Positions 50,746 through 63,614 of a stretch of DNA of 64,000 nt are shown here, one piece after another (within the stretch, counting starts at the first letter, position 1; each line of letters opens with the position of its first letter). The stretch is from Epithemia pelagica. Its lineage: Eukaryota; Protista; Bacillariophyta. The notes beneath the pieces are model-generated. The model saw only the letters and a list, made by a program, of their open reading frames with translations, made no database searches and was not told the DNA's origin. The translations under genes and the position numbers were made by a program. Location of the stretch: NCBI GenBank assembly GCA_946965045.2, contig OX337228.1, positions 6,758,001 to 6,822,000 on the forward strand. The letters are read 5' to 3'.

Positions 50746-51927
50746 TTTCGTGTCGACCAGTTCGGGTCCGTCGGCTTTGGCAACTTTGCTGCGAGAAGAA
50801 GAGAGAGTGTCAGGAGCTTATCGTTTCGTAGCAACGCTAGAAGACAAATCCGCCATGCGAAACACAAGAGTATCCAGGAGCGTTCTTTGGCTACAAGAGA
50901 AAAGAGTATCTCATGGGGGAGATCTTGTGCGAAACAAGCACGTGTGGTGCAGCAGGTGGCAGTGTGTTGTGGTTGGATCTTTCTCCAGCTGGACAATGCT
51001 TCTTTGCATGCGGACTATCTACTTCCAAGCGGCTTTATCATTCATGAATTGAAGCGACGCTGTCTGTTTCTTTATTTATGCGATCTAAAAGCTATTGATT
51101 AAACCTCTGGAGAGTACTTGGTAGAAGTACTTTCGTGCGCAGATGGTCGATTCCGTGTCCTTTTTTCCGCGCGGATTCGTGATCCAAAAATGATCTGGGA
51201 GTGATTTTGGGGACAGTCCGTCAGTCGCATCCACGATCCACGCTTCTCAAGTAAGTCCCGTGTCTCGGATCTCTCCTATGCCATGCGTGGGGATCCGTTC
51301 CGTTCGGGTAGGCCAGCGCGATAGCCCAAAATTAGTTAGACGTTGAAGAGTTACTTAGAGCGGTTCGAGTTGGCTGGAACGCCTGGCTGTGTCAGTCGCC
51401 AAAATTGAACTCCAACCAACTTCGCCAAATAGTAAAGGGGCGCACGAGCCCAATTTTGTGTGTGTGCCAGCCGAGAGAGCCTGTCGTGTCGGAGGAAAGG
51501 CGCAACCGAACCACAGCCCGGAGCCGGCCACACAATCCCATTCATCTCTCGCTCTCGAGGGTGCGCCGCATTCCGCCTTTGGTTTTGTGTTGTCAAGAGA
51601 GACAACGTCCACACCATTGAGACCTTTCTTCGTGAGAGACACATCCAAGCAATAACAACAATCGCAACCGCCAAAAGAGACGAGACGTATACGGCCTCAC
51701 GAATCTGCTGCTTCCGCAGCCCACCAGGATCGTTCTGGTTGTTCGGAGTGTGGGAGGGAGAGTTGTTTTGTGAGTAGGCCCAATCACAAGAGAGGTGCTG
51801 CTTGGTACGTTCCGCACCTTTGTGGTTGGGGGCGGAAGCAACGCGGGTCCAGTGAGTGAGAACCAGTCGGCAAAGCCCAAAAAAAGAGACTCTTTCCACC
51901 AGTCACATCATTCGTGTCATCCCCATC

Positions 51928-54900
51928 ATGCCGCTCAAGAACAATCATCATCATCATCATCACAATGACAAGAGTCATCAGTCCATTTCCTTTTTCGAAA
52001 CGTCCTTTGCCGATGAAGGAGGGGCATTTTTGAGTGCCCCAGAGGAACGTGTCGATGACAGCATGGCCTGGGAACCCTGGCCGACCGAACAACAACAACC
52101 CAAAAAGACACACAAGGCAACCAAGAAACAACAACCACAACCACAACAAGAACAGCAGTCGTTCGGCAATTCCTCCTTTGGTGGTGGTCCCCCACGTGCG
52201 CGAAGCAGTCCCAGTCGGAATAGCAGCAGTACCAACCACCACCATCAGCACCAGGTTGTTGCTCCCGATGACTCCCTGTGGGGCAATGCGTCCGGGTTTG
52301 ATTCCATGCTCTTGCCACCCCCGTCTACGGCATCGACCACACCCATTAAGCAGAGGAACATGGACTTTGATTCGTCCGCCCATGATTGGTTTGCCGTTCC
52401 AAGTGGTACGGCCGGCACCAAACAACCACAACCACCACCAAGTAGTAGTAGTAGTAGTAGCAAGGGCCCTGCGCCATCTGCCTTTTTGCAAGAACAACAA
52501 CGCTTGGCCGATTCCAAATCGCAGGATTGGGGCATTCGTCCCGGAGTTTCGGGAGACGAAGAATTTGGCACTGCGGATGCGCAGTGGCATACCAATCCCA
52601 ATTTGAGTCTTTCGCAATCGTCCGATCACAATCTAGAGGACAGTCACGAACCATCCCCGCAGCAACAACAACCACAAGGACGAGACGCCACCAGCAGCAG
52701 CAATGTCTGGGATCCGCATCAGGCCCCCGATTTTTCCTTGGCCACCACCACCAACAACAGCAAGAACAACAATAGTAATAGTAGTGGTCGTCGAGGATCC
52801 TTGGGTCGCAAGCAGGGCCGGAGCAAGAGGGATATGGATTCCGTCGTCATGGTGGTGGAAACGTCGTCGTCCTCCCCTCGACGCTTGTCGGCTTCTCCCA
52901 GTAAAAGCAGCAAGAACAGCAACCACAACAGCAAGGGAGTCTCTCCATCGTCGGCTTCGGCCACGACGCCCACAAGTCAATCGTCCTCCTCCAAGGGAAA
53001 GGGATTTATGGGACGTTTTTTTGGGGTACGTCTTGTTGGTTCGAGTCTTTCTGTTATGTGTGTTTCCTGTACTAGTACGGATCCAAGTGTAAACTCACGG
53101 TACTTTTGGTTGGTTCTTTCTTCTTCTCTCTTCCTTTAGTCTGGTCGCAAACGCAACAGCCACTCCAAAAAGAATACCAAAAAGTCCAGCCCCAGTCATG
53201 GCAAACAGCAGCAACAACCACAACCACCCGATGCCCCGGTATTGTCCCAATCCCGGTCGTGGGATGACCCAGCAGCAGAAGCACCGCCACCACCATCCTT
53301 GTCGACCACCACCACCACCATGCATGCCGCCGTTCCCTTGGGACGATCCCGGTCCACGCCACATCAGGGAGGAGGAGCCTCCCTCCTGGGAGGAGGAGGA
53401 CAACAATGGTCGACTCGGTCCTCGGGCGGCAAACGGGATCCAACTTCTTCCTCTGTGGGTTCGACGCGGCCACAACGCTCCCAGCCAATGGTCGAAATTC
53501 CCACCTTGAATCCGCCACCCCATCCGTCTTCGTCTTCGTTTTCTTCACCATCATCCACCTCCCGACCCAGCAGCAGCAGCAATCGACGCCTTTCGGCCAC
53601 GGCCACTTTGGTAGTAGATCCCGTGGATGAGAATGGGGGTGGTGGTGATGATGCTCGACCCGAACCACCGCTTTTCAAACAACAAGTCGACGCTGCAGGA
53701 CCCGGAGCAACTTCTGCCACTGGAATCTCGGCTCCTTCTTCTTCTTCTTCTTCTTCGTTGGCGGCATCCCCATCTTCCTCACCTCGTCGGAGATCTCCCT
53801 TGCGGAGACGTAGTCAGTTTTCCCCCAATCGACAACGACGACCCTCGGAAACGGCCAGTAGTAGTGGTACCCTGTCGGAACCACCCGTCGTCGTTGCGGC
53901 GGCGGCTCCTCCCCCACCGCCTCCGCCGCCTCCACCCGTCTCCTCACAGGCGGTAGCAGCACCAGGAGGAGGAGGAACCAACAGCCACACCCATTCCACT
54001 ACCAACAAGAAGAACCATATCCAATCCGTACCACCACAAGAGGTGGCACCCCCAACGGCTCAAGGAACGGAGGAGGAGGAGGCTGTAAAGAAGACAACAA
54101 CTACTACTACCAATCGAATGCAGCATTCTCCGCTTCGAGGGTCGGCACAGTTGCGTCTGGGACACAGTCCTGTCCGAGCCAGGATGGACGCTGTGCCAGC
54201 GGCATTGCCCAACTCCGTCAACAACAGTAACAATCCCACGGCTTCTCACCATTCCTTGACCCAACCCGCCTTGAATCATCCATCGTCTCCTTCGCGGACC
54301 ATTGATGGACCACTCAAGTTGACCTCACGACTGTCCAATTCCCCGGTTCCTCCAGGTGCAGCCTCTCAGGCTCTGGCCCATCGCATCAACAGTTCCGATG
54401 ATGATTCGGCCTCGAGAGGGTCCTTTTCGTCCCGTCGACAACAGCAATCGGAATTACTGTCGAGGTACCAAAGTCGCAGTAGGACTCCCCCGCCGCATCG
54501 AAAACCCCAACACGCACCACAACAACCGGGGGATGAACATCAAGATCCAGATTTGGATCATGTGAGCATGATGACCGATGACGAGTCCTCGGATGATGAA
54601 AACAACAATCCCAGTGTGCCGAAAATGGCGGGCCCTTCCCATAAGATAAAACCTCGTTCCGAACTAGACGAAGAGAAAAAGTCGGACGATGGTGCATCGG
54701 ATGATGGGATTAGTGAACTTTCCTTCAATCCCACCTTGTCTCCCCCGCATAATTTGCCCAGTCACAAGCTTTTGGGAGGCAATGCGCGATCCCGAATGCG
54801 AACGCCCCCACCTATTCCGTCGTCTCCATCGTCGGGTGTAGGAGCAAGAGGAAAGGCCTCTCCACAACCATCATCACGGCTTCGCAGTCGTCTTTTGGAT

Positions 54901-57900
54901 CGGAGCAGATCCCCTGCTCCCAAACAACCAACCGACACTGTGACGGGAACAGCCAAGACACCTCCCCGTTCCCGAGGAGCTTCCACCCCTCCTCCTCTGT
55001 CTCCTTCTCGTCCAGAATCCAACGGGGTTTCGGTTTCACCCACACCGTCGACACGACGCATGTCCGAGCGGATCCGTGCTCGAAAAGACCGGAAAGCCAT
55101 TGCCAGTGGTGAATCGGTTCAAAGTCAAGAAGCTCCTTCGGTTTCTTCTTCCACCAAGGGCTCCTCCCGAGTGAAAGCGTCTCGTCCCAACAACTCGGGG
55201 TCCAAGACTCCACCGCGACCCGTCAAGAATCCTGTCAATCGCGAGAGTTCCCTGTCACCCGTCCCACGAGGGGACTACTATGCCAAAGCGATCAACCGAC
55301 GACGTCAAGGATCATCTCCCGCTTCTACAACTACGACTTCTCAAACAAATTCCAAAATGCCCGTAGCCTCCACAAATATGACCAAGACGGCAATGCCAGA
55401 ACCTGCTACAGACAGTCGAGGTCGATATCTAGTTCGAGGAAGTAGCCCAGCACGTCCACAAGTACCTGAAGCCAGCGACCAGGAAACAACTCTTCGTCGC
55501 TATCGTTCTCCCGGCAATCCTCCCAAGGCAGAGAATTCTTCCGTATCTGGTGGATATGCAGTAGAGGATCATTCTGCCGTGCTGGAGCGAAGAAGACAAC
55601 AAAGGCTCAATCAGCGTGCTGTACCACCATCGTCATCTTTCAACAAACCCTTGCCTCCACCTAGTCGAGAAGCATCCCCTGTGGTGTTCAATGCTGTACA
55701 TTCACAGGAACTCGTGAACCATAATGACAATCCCCCCAACAAAAGGTCCATCTTGTACCGATCTGCCCGTCACGCTCCAAGTCCTACACCGTCCCGAACT
55801 GCCAGGAGTGCCTCGGAAGAGCTAAATACCACGTTTTCCTCGTATGATGAAAATAACGTTACAGATCCAATGCAACTTGCAGGACTCCGCCTCCTTTCAG
55901 CGGCGGTTATACCGATCCAATCGGCCGCACGACGATATCTTGCCTTGCGAGTCGCATTGACTCGAATGTGGGCGATTGTTTTGATTCAGACGTTTACACG
56001 CAGATGGATGGCCTACTCGTCATTTCACGGACAAAAACATGCAGCCATTAATATCCAACGTGTCTTTCGAGGTGGACGAGACCGGGATCAACTTTTATTG
56101 GATCATTGCTGCGCAATCGAGATTCAACGTCGTGTTCGTGGTTTACTTGCCACACTTCATGTGTACGAGGAGATCTACAAAATTACATTGGTACAGAGCA
56201 TTGTGAGACGGTCTCAAGCCATTAACTACGCCACGGATCGTATGGTTATGATTATACAAGTGCAGTCAATTGTGCGGGGCTTCTTGACTCGTCGAAGAAT
56301 CAGCTGGTTGCGCTGTGCGGCCACTGTGATACAAGCCAGCTGGCGTGGTGCCTATAATCGCCTCAACTACCAGCTTGATCTACTTGATATTATTATATCG
56401 CAGAGCGTTGTTCGACGCAGATTAGCTTTGAATGAGGCCCACGAAAGAAGAATTGTCCGTGACAACAAGGCAGCATTAGTCATTCAAACCCACTGGAGAG
56501 GAGCATACGCCCGGCTGTCGTATCAGCTGTACCTTCTGGTTGTTATTGATGTCCAAGCCTTTGTTCGGGGTGTCTTCTGCAAACGTAAGGTCAGGTCGAT
56601 GCTTGCGGAACGACGCCGAGTGGCTGCCACCAAGATCCAAGCGTGTTGGAGATGTTATGATTGTTCTATGATCTATCGGCAGTACATTGCTGCGCGAACC
56701 ATCGCTAACGCATGGCGTCAATTCTCCGCCATGCGTTTGGTTGGTTCTATGCTTGATGAACGACGTCGTTTGGCTGCGACAGCTATCCAATGCTCGTGGC
56801 GTCGCTACGACGCTTTCTGTCGATATATCTTGTACAAGGCTGCCCGGAAAATTCAAGCAAGTTTTAGGCGGTTCGACGCCAGGACCGCTTTTCTACAGTA
56901 TAAAGCCGCACAAACAATCCAAGCGGCTTGGCGTTGTGCATACAGTCGTCTCAACTACCAGCTCGATTTACTTGACATCATTTTAGTGCAAAGTCGTGTC
57001 CGGCAAAAGCTGGCTTTGAAAGAGACCAGCCAAAGAAGAGTTATCCGTGATAACATGGCAGCGCTAGTCATACAAACCCAATGGAGAGGGGCATACGCCA
57101 GCCGCTTGGTGAGTTCAATGCTTGAAGAACGACGCCAAATAGCTGCGACGAAGATTCAGTCGATCTGGCGGTCATACGATTTAACAACGATTTATCGACA
57201 ATACATGGCAGCACGAACTATTGCCAATACGTGGCGCCGGTTTTCTGCCGAACGTCTGGTCAGGTCCATGGTTGATGAGCGACGTCAGTTGGCTGCAACA
57301 ACAATCCAGTCCGTATGGCGTCGATTTGATGCTTTCAGCCAATATGTTTTGTTCTTGAACAGCGTGATTGTTCTGCAGAGTTACTGGCGCAAGATTCAAA
57401 TGCGCCGATACTATTTGAAAAATATGGAGGAGATACGGTTTGAAGCGGCCTCACTCATTCAGTCGATGTGGCGTTGTTCGACGGAATGCCTACGATACCA
57501 GATGTCGCTCTACAGTATAACGGTCGTTCAATCTCTCTGGAGACAGAAAACGGCAACGAGATATGTTGTCATGCTTAAAGAGAGTCGTCGCCATGTTGCT
57601 GCCACTATGATCCAAGGACTTTGGAGGGGTCACGCTCAGTATGAACGCTATGTTGAATTGCTTTGTGCTATTGCGATGCAAAAATATGCACGACGTTGCC
57701 TTTCTTTGTTGCAGTACAAACGATACAAGGCAGCAAGGACAATCCAATCCGTCTTCCGAGGGCGCGCTGATTATGTGGCTTACAAGAATTACAAGGCGGC
57801 TTCCAAAATCCAGGCACTGTGGCGATCTTATGATGCCAGGATGAACTTTCTGCATTACGTTTCGGACGTCATATTGGTGCAAAGCGTGGTGAGGGCATGG

Positions 57901-60900
57901 CTGAAGCGACGTTATGCCGCGAGAATGATCGAAAAGGTTACACTCGACTTCCTCGGGACTAAACGGAAGAAAGAAACAGATGCAGCAACGTCGATCCAAT
58001 GTTTCTGGCGAAAAATCACGGCTTGTAAGGATGTGGTTCAAATGAAAGCCGCTTACACAATTCAACTTTATTGGCGATTGTCCGTTATTCGTCACAAAGA
58101 AAGGCGACACATTTCTTCCATTACAATACAAAGGTACTGGAGAGGCTTTGCCTGCTACTCAAGTTATTTGTTCACTGTTTCAGATATCATTCTTGCTCAG
58201 GCTTTGGTGCGACGGTACATTCAACTGCGTCGCTATGCCATAATGGCTGAAGACAATCGAACCAGAGCGGCCTCTGTCATCCAACGGGCTGCACGAAACC
58301 ACAGGGCAAGGAAGGAACATGCAGCCATAGAGATCCAAAGAATGTTCAGGGGATTCCTCGCCGAAACGGAATATTTCATCACTGTGGTGGAACACAGGGC
58401 CGCAACAAAGATCCAGAGCGCATTTCGGCGATTCTGGCATTTCTCGAATTTCATCATAGCCTTGGATAGCGCAATTCGGATCCAAGCAGCGGCACGAGGC
58501 CACATTGAACACACAAATTACGAGCTGAAGGTTGGTGCAGCAATCATCATCCAGAACGTCATGAGGATATGTCTTGCTCAACTCGATAAAACGAACTTAT
58601 CAGCTTTGCGGCATGTCACCAGGGCCTCCGAGGTCAAATCAAACATGGAGTTTTCAGCAGCCGGCGATATACAGCGCTACTTCCGTGGCTATAAAGCTCG
58701 ACAAGCAACGTCCCTATTTTTATCAGCACGCCACATTCAAACACAATGGCGTGGTTTTTTCATACGTCGAGCCTATGTTTTCTTCAAAGCAGCTCAAACA
58801 ATCCAAGCTGGTTGGAGGGGAAGACAGGCCCGAGTACCGTTTATGTCCTACATGGCTGCTCGGCATATTCAAGCAACGTGGCGTAAATACATTGTTCGCG
58901 ATGCCTACGTACGTTACGGTGCCGCCCGACGTATTCAATCCATGTGGCGTAAATACATTGTTCGGGATGCCTACGTACGTTACGGTGCTGCCCGACGTAT
59001 TCAATCCATGTGGCGTAAATACATTGTTCGCGATGCCTACGTACGTTACGGTGCTGCCCGACAACTTCAAGCTTTTTGGAGAGGTTGGAGTGTCAGAGAT
59101 GCTTGTTCAAGATACTTTGCGGCGAGAAAGATTCAATGTTTCTGGCGATGCATCGGGGCAATTCGAGAGTTTGTCGACCTTGCTTCCGCTCGCCTTATCC
59201 AATCACAGTTTCGAAAGTTTTCTGCACGACAGAAATTTGTGATGTACCTATCAGCCCGATCGATTCAGGCACAATGGAGATCGTTTTTCTTGCAACGTGC
59301 TTACAAAGGATTTGTGGCTGCTAGGACTATCCAATCGGGTTGGCGTGCCTTTAGTATTCGGAGAGCCTTTATTGGATACCTTGCGGTGCGAAAGATTCAA
59401 GCTCGATGGCGTTCCTACACGGTTGGAAAAGCAATCTGTAGCTTTCGATCAGCTAGATGCATTCAGTCCTGTTGGCGGTGCTACAGTGTACGCGGTGCCT
59501 ATCTCGGATACCTTGCGGCAAGAAAGATCCAAGCTGTCTGGAGAACACATACAGTTGGACAGGCTGTCAATTCTTTCTGCTCCGCACGGGCGATTCAATC
59601 GGCCTGGCGCTGTTATTCAGTGCGACGAGCATTCAGATGCTTCAAGGCCGCAGTAAAAATCGAAAGCGTATGGAGGATGTATGTTGTCAGAGATTACTAT
59701 AAGATGTGCAAAGCTGCCATGGTGATTCAACGAACATGGCGTGGTCATGAGGGACGGAATCGATCACGCCCTCTGTTTGCCGCCAGGAAGATCCAAGCCA
59801 GTTTCCGTGGTCATTTGGTCCGGCTCATGTTCAGACAGAACGATGCGGCTTGCCAAATTCAGACGAGATGGAGAGCTTATTGGCTCAGAAGCGCCTTTAT
59901 TTTCTACAAGGCATCGAGTGTCATCCAGTCTCACTGGAGACGTTATACGGTGCGCACGGCCTTTGTTCTCTACCTCGCGGCTCGTTGCATTCAAACGAAA
60001 TTCCGAGGATATTCGTCTCGTAGTAAGTACATTGAACTTCGGCAGCAATTGAAGGAGTACTGTGCTGCCATTGCCATCCAATCGGCGATACGAATGAAGC
60101 TTTCGCGAATACACTTTGTGAAACTTCGTTCCGTCCTCATGAAGCGAGAGATTGAGGCGGCGAAAGATATCCAACGACTTTGGCGTGGAGTAGCCATTCG
60201 TGCCATTGGGCTCAAGTTTGTCCGGTGGATCTTTATCCGTGACGTTCGGAATCTGGCGTCGTGCATTGTCCAGAAGCAGGTTCGTGGAATGATTGCAAGG
60301 CACAACCTGACCAAGTACAAAGCCGCCAGGAACATTCAAAGGATTTGGAGGGGCCATTCATCCCTCGAAACGTACTGGCATACTCTTGGATCCGTCATTC
60401 AAATCCAAGCCGTTGTCCGGGGTTGGCAATGTGCTTCAGCTTTTAGTCTTCAAAGAGAATCCGCTCCCCCGATTCAACGTGCGATTCGTTGTTTCCTCGC
60501 CAAACAAGAACTTTCCCGACGTAAGTTTATCCTCAAGGTTGTGAGTTCGGTGAACAATAGAAAGTCACCCAAAGCCAAGCAACAGCAGCAGCAGGTGGTG
60601 ACAAAACAGCCGAAACAACACAAAATGACGGAAAGGGAACGTCAAGAACGAGTGGATCGTGCCGCTCGAACACTTCAACGATTCTTTCGCATGGTCAAGC
60701 TGGAAGTCGATCGGGCCATCCAAGAAGAGCGACGACGAAGAAGAAGACATAAAAAGCAAAAAGAGAAACGAAGAAAGTCGAAACCAGCGGAAATTGAAGA
60801 AGAGGATTTACTCGAAAACGTGTGGCAAACGACTCTCCATGGTGGTGACTCGGCCGCTTCAGCCACCAAGAAAGGAAAACCTGCCAGTGCTGCTGTTGTG

Positions 60901-61269
60901 GCTTCTCGGTCACGCAAACAAAAGAGTGATCATCCATGCAAAGGATTTTCCTTCGAGGCGACGCCTGCCTACCAAAAGAATAGGTCTCGGTCTCGAAAGG
61001 AGGATACTGTGATTATGACATCACGCCAAAAGTGGGACGACGACAACGTTAGTGTGGCCTCGTACTGGTCGACAGCTTCCTCGTTTGTTCGAGCACCCAA
61101 AGCACGAGTGGCCTTGTCCGAAAAGGAGATTGGCGAAGACCTTGCTCTGGAGAATGCATGGATGGATACCGAGATGCAACATCGTGCCAAGGGTGGTGGT
61201 GGTGGAGGAAAGAAGAGAACGAAACCAAGAAAAGTATACCAAGACGACACGATCCATACATCCATTTAA
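51928..61269 (+). CDS. Giant IQ-repeat protein (~3,075 aa; exons 51928-53025, 53140-61269)
   Basis: Two ORFs join through a phase-0 GT-AG intron (53026-53139). About 1,250 aa of Ser/Pro-rich disorder is followed by about 65 IQxxxR(G)-type motifs counted by eye. Confidence 0.85.
58879..59062 (+). repeat. 66-bp (22-aa) tandem repeat, nearly 3 copies, within the IQ array
   Basis: tggcgtaaatacattgttcg starts at 58879, 58945 and 59011; protein WRKYIVRDAYVRYGAARRIQSM. Confidence 0.9.
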
Positions 61270-61869
61270 TTATAGTTCAAATATATGTTAAAGTAATCAT
61301 TCACCAATGTTTCTTTTGTTTCCGCATCAAAGCAGGATTTAGAATTCATCCATAGAAGGAGACTAGCTTTTGGATTGGTCACAAAAAACGACATCAAGAC
61401 GATTCGTGAATATGAAACGTCTCTTGCCTTTCTTGTGAGGGGTGCAAGTACTCGTCAGGTCATGGTAATATCACTGATTGTATTTTTGTCCTTCCCCGAG
61501 ACGTACACATGGTACTTGGCACGAACTCTTCAGAAAAAACAAAAAATGAGGAGCGCGAATCAGGTTGTGGCCAGGAAAGGCCCACCCGGTGTGTAGGACG
61601 GCAGACTCAAAAATGCGACATGCCGTCGTGCGTGTGTTGGAACACGAACCAGACCCGTCTGTATGTGCACGTTCGACGGACGGGCCGACAACCATGACCA
61701 TCGTCACCGCGGGTTTGGAGAGTTTTGGGATGCAGGATCTCCACCATCCGATGATCCCAAAGATCGCGCAATAGACACTCACGTCTTTTGACAAAGCTAG
61801 AATCAACCAGGAGCGTCACCTTGACTTCTCCTACACCCATTTTATCAACATATATATCCATAGTGTATC

Positions 61870-63360
61870 ATGCCGATTGACGTGAACGAGTTGCGCGACT
61901 ACAAGGGCGGCGATCCAGCCCGTTGGAAAAAGTACATGGAACAACGGTTCAAGGATCCAACCGTGATTGATCAAGTATTGGAATTGGATGCCCAATGGCG
62001 TCAAGTGTTGGCAAAAGTCGAAGATTTGCGAAAACAAGTGAATGACTTGCAAAAAAATGAAATTGCTCCCCGCAAAAAGAAAAAGGAAAATTGCGATGAA
62101 CTCGTGGCGCAGATGAAGTCCATGCAACAGAACATTAAGGACACGGAAGCGAGTATTCCAGAGATTGTGGACAAACGAGACAAGTTGTTGGGTCGGATTG
62201 GCAACCTCGTGGATCCAGAAGTGCCCATTTCCAAAGACGAAGATGCTGACAATTTGGTAGTGGCCGTGTCTCCCGAACCACCCCAACTCAAGGACAATCC
62301 CGACTTGTTGCCCTGTCCTCTCGGTACCTTGGAGTATACCTTACCGCCCACGGCGCCCTTGACGCACGACGATTTGTTGTGGCGCATTCAGGGCTACGAG
62401 CCGGTGCGGGGTCAAAATGTGGGCGGCCATCGAGCCTACTTTTTGCGCGATGCCGGTGTCCTCTTGAATCAAGCCATTATTAATTATGGCATTTCCTTCT
62501 TGTCGGCACGGGGGTACAACATTTTGCAACCACCCTTTATGATGAACAAGGAGGTCATGGCCTCTATCGCGCAATTGGAAGACTTTGATGAACAATTGTA
62601 CAAGGTCTCGGGAAAGACGGATGATCCGAACGGATCTTCCGAAAAGTATTTGATTGCCACGTCGGAACAACCCATTTGTGCCTATCACAAGAACGATTGG
62701 ATTGATCCCAAGGAATTGCCCTTGCGTTATGCGGGAATTTCCACGTGTTTCCGGAAAGAAGCGGGCAGTTCGGGACGAGATATTCGAGGCATTTTTCGAG
62801 TTCATCAATTTGAAAAGATTGAACAATTCTGTTTGACCACCGATGACTTTGCCGTCAGTCAAGAAGAACAAAAACGCATGTTGCAAGTCGCCAAGGACTT
62901 TTATACCAGTTTGGGCATTGGATATCGTGTGGTTTGTATCGTGTCCGGTGAACTGAATGATGCTGCTGTCAAAAAATACGATTTGGAGGGATGGTTTCCC
63001 GGACAAAAAACCTATCGCGAATTGGTCTCGTGTTCCAATTGTACCGATTATCAAGCTCGAGGTGTTGGTGTCCGATGTGGTCATGCCACAACACAAGAAT
63101 CCAAGAATGACCGCAAGTCGTACTGTCACATGCTCAATTCGACCCTGTGTGCCACGGGAAGAGGCATTTGTTGTATCTTGGAAACCTACCAAACGCCAGA
63201 CGGTGTCATTGTCCCCGAAGTCTTGCGTCCCTTTATGGGAGGCAAGGAATTCTTACCCTTTATCCGAGGTCCACCGGAAGCCACCAAGGGAGAGAAAAAA
63301 GAAAAACCAGCCAAAGGTGGAGGAGACAAGAAGAAGAAGAACGATGCCAAACAGAAATAA
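61870..63360 (+). CDS. SARS: Seryl-tRNA synthetase, cytosolic
   Basis: N-terminal coiled arm, LIATSEQP, CFRKEAGS, FRVHQFEKIEQF, ELVSCSNCTDYQAR, HMLNSTLCATGR. Confidence 0.96.
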   Translation: MPIDVNELRDYKGGDPARWKKYMEQRFKDPTVIDQVLELDAQWRQVLAKVEDLRKQVNDLQKNEIAPRKKKKENCDELVAQMKSMQQNIKDTEASIPEIVDKRDKLLGRIGNLVDPEVPISKDEDADNLVVAVSPEPPQLKDNPDLLPCPLGTLEYTLPPTAPLTHDDLLWRIQGYEPVRGQNVGGHRAYFLRDAGVLLNQAIINYGISFLSARGYNILQPPFMMNKEVMASIAQLEDFDEQLYKVSGKTDDPNGSSEKYLIATSEQPICAYHKNDWIDPKELPLRYAGISTCFRKEAGSSGRDIRGIFRVHQFEKIEQFCLTTDDFAVSQEEQKRMLQVAKDFYTSLGIGYRVVCIVSGELNDAAVKKYDLEGWFPGQKTYRELVSCSNCTDYQARGVGVRCGHATTQESKNDRKSYCHMLNSTLCATGRGICCILETYQTPDGVIVPEVLRPFMGGKEFLPFIRGPPEATKGEKKEKPAKGGGDKKKKNDAKQK

Positions 63361-63614
63361 TAATTAAGACAACGTCCAATCGGTTTGGGGAATCGTTGAC
63401 AGAATATAGTAAAGCCCTTCTATCGTATAAAGATACTCTCCATGTTGTACTTAACCGGATATATATAGCTACATCTAGCATAGTGTCCACCGCGAGGAAC
63501 CGGATTGCGGTTTAGCTTGGTCCATTGTGTCTCTCTCTTTCTCTCTCTCGTTTGTCCACTGCAATAACCATCATCCAACGACCCTATATTATTACCATTC
63601 TCTTGTTCTTTTCG

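Noticed and set aside
61350-61840. Small spliced minus-strand gene or GTPase remnant (MGVGEVKVTLLVDSSFVKR, GTGAGT donor, EEFVPST)
   Set aside because: No intact P-loop and no consistent exon chain; its ATG is only ~30 bp from the SerRS ATG, so this is more likely SerRS upstream sequence.
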